A stretch of 64,000 nucleotides of DNA from Zygnema circumcarinatum SAG 698-1b (taxonomy: Eukaryota > Plantae > Zygnematophyceae): positions 1,664,689 to 1,728,688 of the forward strand of contig CM074809.1 of NCBI GenBank assembly GCA_037447605.1, read 5' to 3'. This document shows, one piece after another, positions 58,801 to 64,000 of the stretch. Numbering within the stretch: position 1 is the first letter of the stretch; each line of letters opens with the position of its first letter. The notes below the pieces were generated by a model. The model saw nothing but the letters and a program-made list of their open reading frames with translations. It was not told where the DNA came from and did not search any database. The position numbers were made by a program, and so were the translations under genes.

Positions 58801-60801
58801 TGCAAATCATGGGATCAGCCACACGAACATGGGGCTGCGCCATATCCGAAGAGTGTGCAGCACTTGTGGGGGTTTGCTGAGGTAGTCGAAGGCTACGAAC
58901 ATATGCTGAGGTGTTTACTTGGTCAATCTATGACAAGGTATATATCCTCTGCAAAATTTCAAGCTGATCTCACTACAGCTGCATCTGTTGCTTTTTTTTG
59001 GACGAAATGAAAACAGGTTTCGAGGGCCAAACCTTGTGGGAGCAATTGATTCCTTGCGTCCCCGCAGTCGTGCGATTGAGAAGCCCCTCAGACTAGTGGT
59101 GGCGGAAGTGATGCGAAGCCGGACACTTGGTCAAGCTGCTCTGGGTGGAAAGCTGGAAGGTGGCGGCATAAAGCCCGGCATCAAGGTAGGTGATCTGCTC
59201 AAACTTCCGCTATTACTGCATTAGTTTCTTTTGCTTGCGTTTTCCGCTGTGGAGATTGTACAAAGAAGTGAATGCTGCCTCACATTACTGCTCGTTTGTG
59301 TCCATTCTCGCTTGTGTATCAATAGCTGACAGAGAAGATGGGCAGGTGTTTTGCGGGACAGGTGCTTGTACAGCCGTCTGGGGAGATCGCAGTCGTGAAA
59401 GCCCTTGAAAGAGACGGCACATCTGTCCCCATGGCTTTGGCCGGTGAGACAGTGGACGTAGGCCTTCAGGGAGTGGATGCAGTCACTCTCTTTCCCGGAG
59501 GCATGCTTTGCCATCCCGACTATCCTGTTCCAGTCGCTAAGAAGTTTGAGGCCAGGATTCTGACACTCGACATCACAGTACCTCTTTTGAGGGGCACTCA
59601 GGTATTGCTTCCATATGGAAACTCAAGGGCTTTCTCCTCACCGTTTCGGGTTGTGTGTGTTGGCGTAATTGTAAAAGGAAGACAGGGCTGTACGTTTTTT
59701 GGTCAGCAGTAGACCATGAAGAAACAAGAGGACCTAGCGTATCCACTGACCCCCCCCTCCTCCCCTCTCCTCCTTGTTCTGAACTTGTATTGCATAGGTT
59801 GTGCTTCATGCTCACTGTGCGCAAGAGTCAGCGTGCATAGCACAGCTTGTGGCGCTTCTCGACCCCCGTAGTGGGGCTGTGACAAAGAAGCGCGTGCGAG
59901 TGGTGACAGCCAATCAGAGTGCGCTTGTGGAGGTGAGTGGATCAATCAAGAATATTTTTGCAAAGTTTCCTGACCATCTGCCTCATCGTTGCCGTGGAAC
60001 GTGACATGACATTGACACTTCCAAAGCAGACCCTCTGCAGTCACTGAAGGGAGAATGGCATGTACTGTGTTGCATTTTCAAAGACGGGCAAATACGCAAG
60101 AAATTGTACATGTGGACTTAGTCAAACCCGCCGTCTGCACATTTGTTCGTCCGGCATCAAATCTGGCTTCCTTTTTTTCTATCAAAAGTTAACTTGGCTG
60201 GATTACCACTTTTCTTGCTTTTCTTTTCTTTAGTCTCAGCTTTTACTCGTCGCCAGAACTCCTAAAGCATCTGCTACCAAATAAGCGCACTTTCCTTCAA
60301 GATTTTTGGCGTATAATTGCACTGGCCACTTCCCGTGCTTGCTCTTGAACTCGTAATCAAATTGGCTGAAGAAATGCGTTTCTTGTTTCAACTGAAGACT
60401 AATCTTGCAAGGTCCATTTAGACAGATTTATGTCTATATTGCAACTTCTTTCCTGCATCAGTAAGCTGCAGAACTGTTTCGTCTATCTGCTCTTTGTAGG
60501 GTTCTGTATCTCTGGGGGAATGGTGTATCGACCAATTTTTTGCAGGCGTTCTCTCTCTATCTCTCTCACTCGCGCCTCCTCCTCTTTCGTCCGCCCTCTT
60601 CTCTCTCCCTTTCCTGCTCTGGCGGTTTAGACGGCTCCAGCTGACTCTGAGACCTCAATGTTGGCTGCCGCAATGCAGATTGAGGTGGCAAGGGGGATCT
60701 GTCTCGAGGAGTACAGCCGGTATCGAGCATTGGGACGAGTGGCTTTGCGGGACAGCGGTCGAACTTTGGCGGTCGGAATAGTCACAAGAATACTTTCATA
60801 G
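52877..60801 (+). CDS. HBS1: HBS1-like translational GTPase with N-terminal RanBP2-type zinc finger, ~11 exons
   Basis: [21 protein letters not shown] (zinc finger), [23 protein letters not shown] (G1), [32 protein letters not shown] (G3), VAVNKMD (G4), last exon 60679-60801 [23 protein letters not shown]. The start is ambiguous (52877, 52860 or 52822) because exon 1 spans the N gap at 52909-52918. Confidence 0.94.
52909..52918. other. Assembly gap (10 N) in G-rich HBS1 exon 1
   Basis: Read directly; it makes the upstream reading frame uncertain. Confidence 0.95.
57254..57367. repeat. Intronic inverted repeat / hairpin in HBS1
   Basis: TGTGACAATTATGAAC (57265-57280) versus GTTCATGATTGTCACA (57336-57351) match 15/16; inner stem GGCCGG-CT-AACT / AGTT-CCGGCC; outer AGCCAC/GTGGCT. 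Confidence 0.8.
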
Positions 60802-61167
60802 CTTTTGTGCCCTGAAAGAAGTGGCCATTGTGGGCTGACCTATGTGAGTACAACGGAATAAAGTCAGCATTCTTTTGGTCCTCTCTGTCTTTTTGCATCG
60901 AGTGAACAGTCTTTGCCATTTGCTCACTGTGAGAATGCAGACAATGATCAACACTTGGAGCGCTTCAATTTTTCCCAACTGCGAAAGTGAAAGTGCCACG
61001 AGAACAAGGCATGACCAGCCACATCTTGAAAAGCTATTACACGGTACAGGGAATGCCGTCCTTTGGTGGGCGAGAAATGGTGATGTAATTGGGCACCTTG
61101 TGTAATTTTGTTCACCAATACAAAGGATGTAAATAATTTGCCATTATGGTACGGTAGGTTAGGACTG

Positions 61168-64000
61168 TTAGCACCAGATCTTCTCAAAAACTCGTTTGCT
61201 GATAAGGTCGCTGATCTTCTTGTTCTTCACTACCAATGATGTCAGCAACGTTTCTTGCGCTCGCCGATTTCCCTCCTGTGGACCCACACCATAGCCACTC
61301 CTTACATTATGCTGGAGATACAGTTATGAGAATGAATTGCAGCTTTAAATTGGAACGAATGAACATCATGCAACACTGGCACTTGCACGGCCCTCTCATG
61401 GCTGGCATGTGCTCCGAACCTCTCCAGAAACAAGGAGTACAGTCTGACGGAAGGGTAACAGAGGGTAATAGCTTTCGGCACATCTCTAGCTGGCAGGCTG
61501 TTCTAAGTAATTAGTTCAAATTAATCGAGCAATAGTCCGAGTGGGAAGCTCCAAGAGGACTTACAAGCCTTTGGTAAGCCTGAACCAGCGCTGGCAGAGT
61601 GGGGTACGTCTGCATTATGGCCTGTGCAACGTCCTCCGTAACTGAGTGAATCTGAAGAAGCAGAGAGACAAAACAGAAAGTGTGAACTACGTCTTGTTGA
61701 CTGAAAAAACAGCTTTCATCAACTTGCTGTCATGATCAAGAGTGAGGAACTTTTAGGCCAAGACGGTAGCTCTGAGCAGAAGTTCACTACTTACTGATGA
61801 CTGATTTTCTGGAACCTGAACGAGCGGATACAAGGTAAGAGACCGCTAGTCGTGAGACCACAAAGTAATGGCGAAGAGTGCTGGATGAGAGGGCAATTCA
61901 TAACAGACACCCCATGGGAAATGCAGGTTGAAGTATCCGGCTTGCAAAGACGTTAAGACTACACGAGTATCAGAAGGCGAGAGCTATCTCCATAACTTCT
62001 ACTCTCCCAAACCACAACTATTGGAGCTTTAGCACAGATGCATAGCAGTATCTATTCAATCCACGAGCAAAGTTGTGGGCTGTGGTTCGCACCTGCGACA
62101 ACATGGAACCAAAAATCTCGCTGATTGTTGGTTCTCTAACGATACTGCACTGTGTTCGAAATTCACCGTATGTCATTGCAGCTCGAACCGTGCCTGTGTC
62201 GGAGCTGCCTACTTCCAGGGCATACCGATCGCGGATGGCAATGGTTAGCTCAGCATATCTTTCAACTGTGCCCCCCTCTCCACTCCAGTGCATAGTGCGT
62301 TGAACATCAAATTCCTCTTCTATTTCAGTTTGATACGCCCTGCAGCCAAGACATCACATATCCATTCTGAGGCTTAGCTTCCCTTCGCATCAATTCAGGA
62401 AATTCTCACTAGGGCACTTGTCTCAAGCTCCAAAGCGGAGTCTGAGGATGTTCCATCACCTATTCCTCATGAATGGAGGCTTACGCAGTCTTAAGATTCA
62501 CGGCAGATTCCTGCAAGTCTGGGTCACCCTCGATAAGGTAGAAGACCACCTTCAATCCACACTTCTGCAGCGGAGCAAATGGTGCTCGTCAGAGAGCTGC
62601 TCCCTAGAGAACTACAAATGCCATTGAACGACGAGCAAAGCTGAACAATGGTGAAGGTTTCGAGCTGGACTCTAACCGTTTCAAGCATATCTGGAAGTGT
62701 AGCTTGCCATAAAATGTAAACAAACGTTCACATTCTTCAACGAAGAAAGACAATTCAAAATTGCACTTCCTACATACCCGCAATCGCAGCTTTTGATCAC
62801 GAAAGCGCTTTGTCTTGATGGACTCCCACAAATCGTCAACCCGCTTCCGTTCAAGAATGAAGTCCAGTACATATTCCTCTTGTGGCTCATCTTTCCTTCT
62901 TGCAATCCAAAGTACATCACCAACAGGTAAACTCCTAAGCTGCATGCACCAGACAAACAAGCCACAGGCCAGATAAATGCCATACTCAAAACTGAGACAA
63001 TCACTAGCAAAACGATCGACATGAAGGATCAAATCAGTCGGGTGAGAGTTCGGCATATTTGCATATTTGCTGCAAGAACGATTACACACGGATGACGTAG
63101 TGACAAAAACTAAAAAACTAAACAAAAGTGGATGTTATACCACCAAAAGCACAGGCATAATCACAACTTCAGTGTTTACCTGAAGACAATGGACACCTGC
63201 TCAATAGAATTCCAAGTACCCTGATAGCATACAGTGATAAAATTTTGCACCTACTGCCAACACTTTATCGACCAGAGTCGGCGAAAAGCTTACATCAACC
63301 AGAAGATGATACTGTCGGCTGAGCAGCTCTGCAATTTTTGAAGTTTTTCGTTCACTGCGCGCATGCATTGAGCAAGAATGGACAGAAACCAATCAAGTCA
63401 ATTTCTACAAGAGAGTTTATGTGGTAGGAGTCTTTGGATAACACAGTTTGCTCTTTGTATTGCGATTTGGTGGAGCGATGAAATGCAGAGGCTTACCCTC
63501 TGGTAATCTCAAACTTCTCCTGGTTGTCAAGACAAATTACAATGTCGTATGCATCTCCAAATCTTTCTGAAACTTGAAGATGGGGAATGCAGACAGCGGA
63601 CGTAAAAGCAAAGTCTTGTTGTGGGGCACAAACTGCACGGCGCTCGCCTTCATGCACAAACGACACTTAATCAGCCGGCGGATTATTACAAACATTAAAA
63701 AATTAAAACAACAGAATGAAAAAGCCACCGCAGGCATGAACCTATGCTCAAGTTTTGGATATTTCAAATATGAAGTTCAGGAAAGGATCATGCTATACCG
63801 TTAGTGCCTGAAGGTAGAAATGAGGCGTGACCGTGACTTTGTTGTAATGTTGCCAACGACTCCCGGGTATTATCTGAACCTGCATTTTCAATACCAGCTA
63901 GAGAAAGCTTTTTCGTCGGTGTGATCTAAAAGCAAAGGCATGTCCCTCCAGAAGGGCCCCTTTAAACAAGTCGAGGACTCATCAATTGCTTCCAAAAGCA
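61168..64000 (-). CDS. MUS81: Crossover junction endonuclease MUS81, 3' part (5' end beyond the window)
   Basis: Exons give RFGDAYDIVICLDNQE, LRSLPVGDVLWIAR...EYVLDFILERKRVDDL (ERCC4 nuclease ERKxxxD), CGLKVVFYLIEGD, TISEIFGSMLSQ, VTEDVAQAIMQTYPTL (HhH) and last exon EGNRRAQETLL...KRVFEKIWC* with the stop at 61168-61170. Confidence 0.93.

Noticed and set aside
29851-64000. SMUG1 + MUS81 as a DNA-repair cluster
   Set aside because: 26 kb and four unrelated genes apart, and in different pathways.
1-64000. tRNA, rRNA, snRNA or snoRNA genes
   Set aside because: No T-loop/D-loop cloverleaf, rRNA or snRNA signature recognised by eye; a tRNAscan-SE/Infernal run would be needed to exclude small ones.

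Overview
Eukaryotic, intron-rich, gene-dense nuclear DNA from the green lineage. Protein families and the MPKxCDAC-type CONSTANS-like start fit a streptophyte alga or early-diverging land plant; the species cannot be fixed from sequence alone. By splicing GT-AG exons by hand I find 13 protein genes: L-galactose dehydrogenase (5' part, -), eIF3L (+), YLMG1/YggT (-), EGY1 M50 metalloprotease (-), a PhyH-family 2OG-Fe(II) dioxygenase (+), a secreted GDSL esterase with an unassigned N-terminal domain and a 12x7-aa repeat linker (-), a 792-aa uncharacterised membrane protein (+), SMUG1 uracil-DNA glycosylase (+), a CONSTANS-like BBX-CCT gene (-), myo-inositol kinase (+), a ~1490-aa membrane-anchored GH31 protein with a degenerate active site (-), HBS1 (+) and MUS81 (3' part, -). 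Non-coding structure includes a 204-bp MITE, a three-arm foldback between GH31 and HBS1, an intronic hairpin in HBS1, telomere-like arrays, a recurring CCGTACGG promoter palindrome, G-boxes and four 10-N assembly gaps at G/C tracts. No tRNA, rRNA, CRISPR array or autonomous transposon was recognised. The strongest leads are SMUG1 (a family absent from Arabidopsis), the GH31 pseudoenzyme, the foldback locus and the multi-domain GDSL protein. All family assignments are by-eye motif recognition, not database searches.
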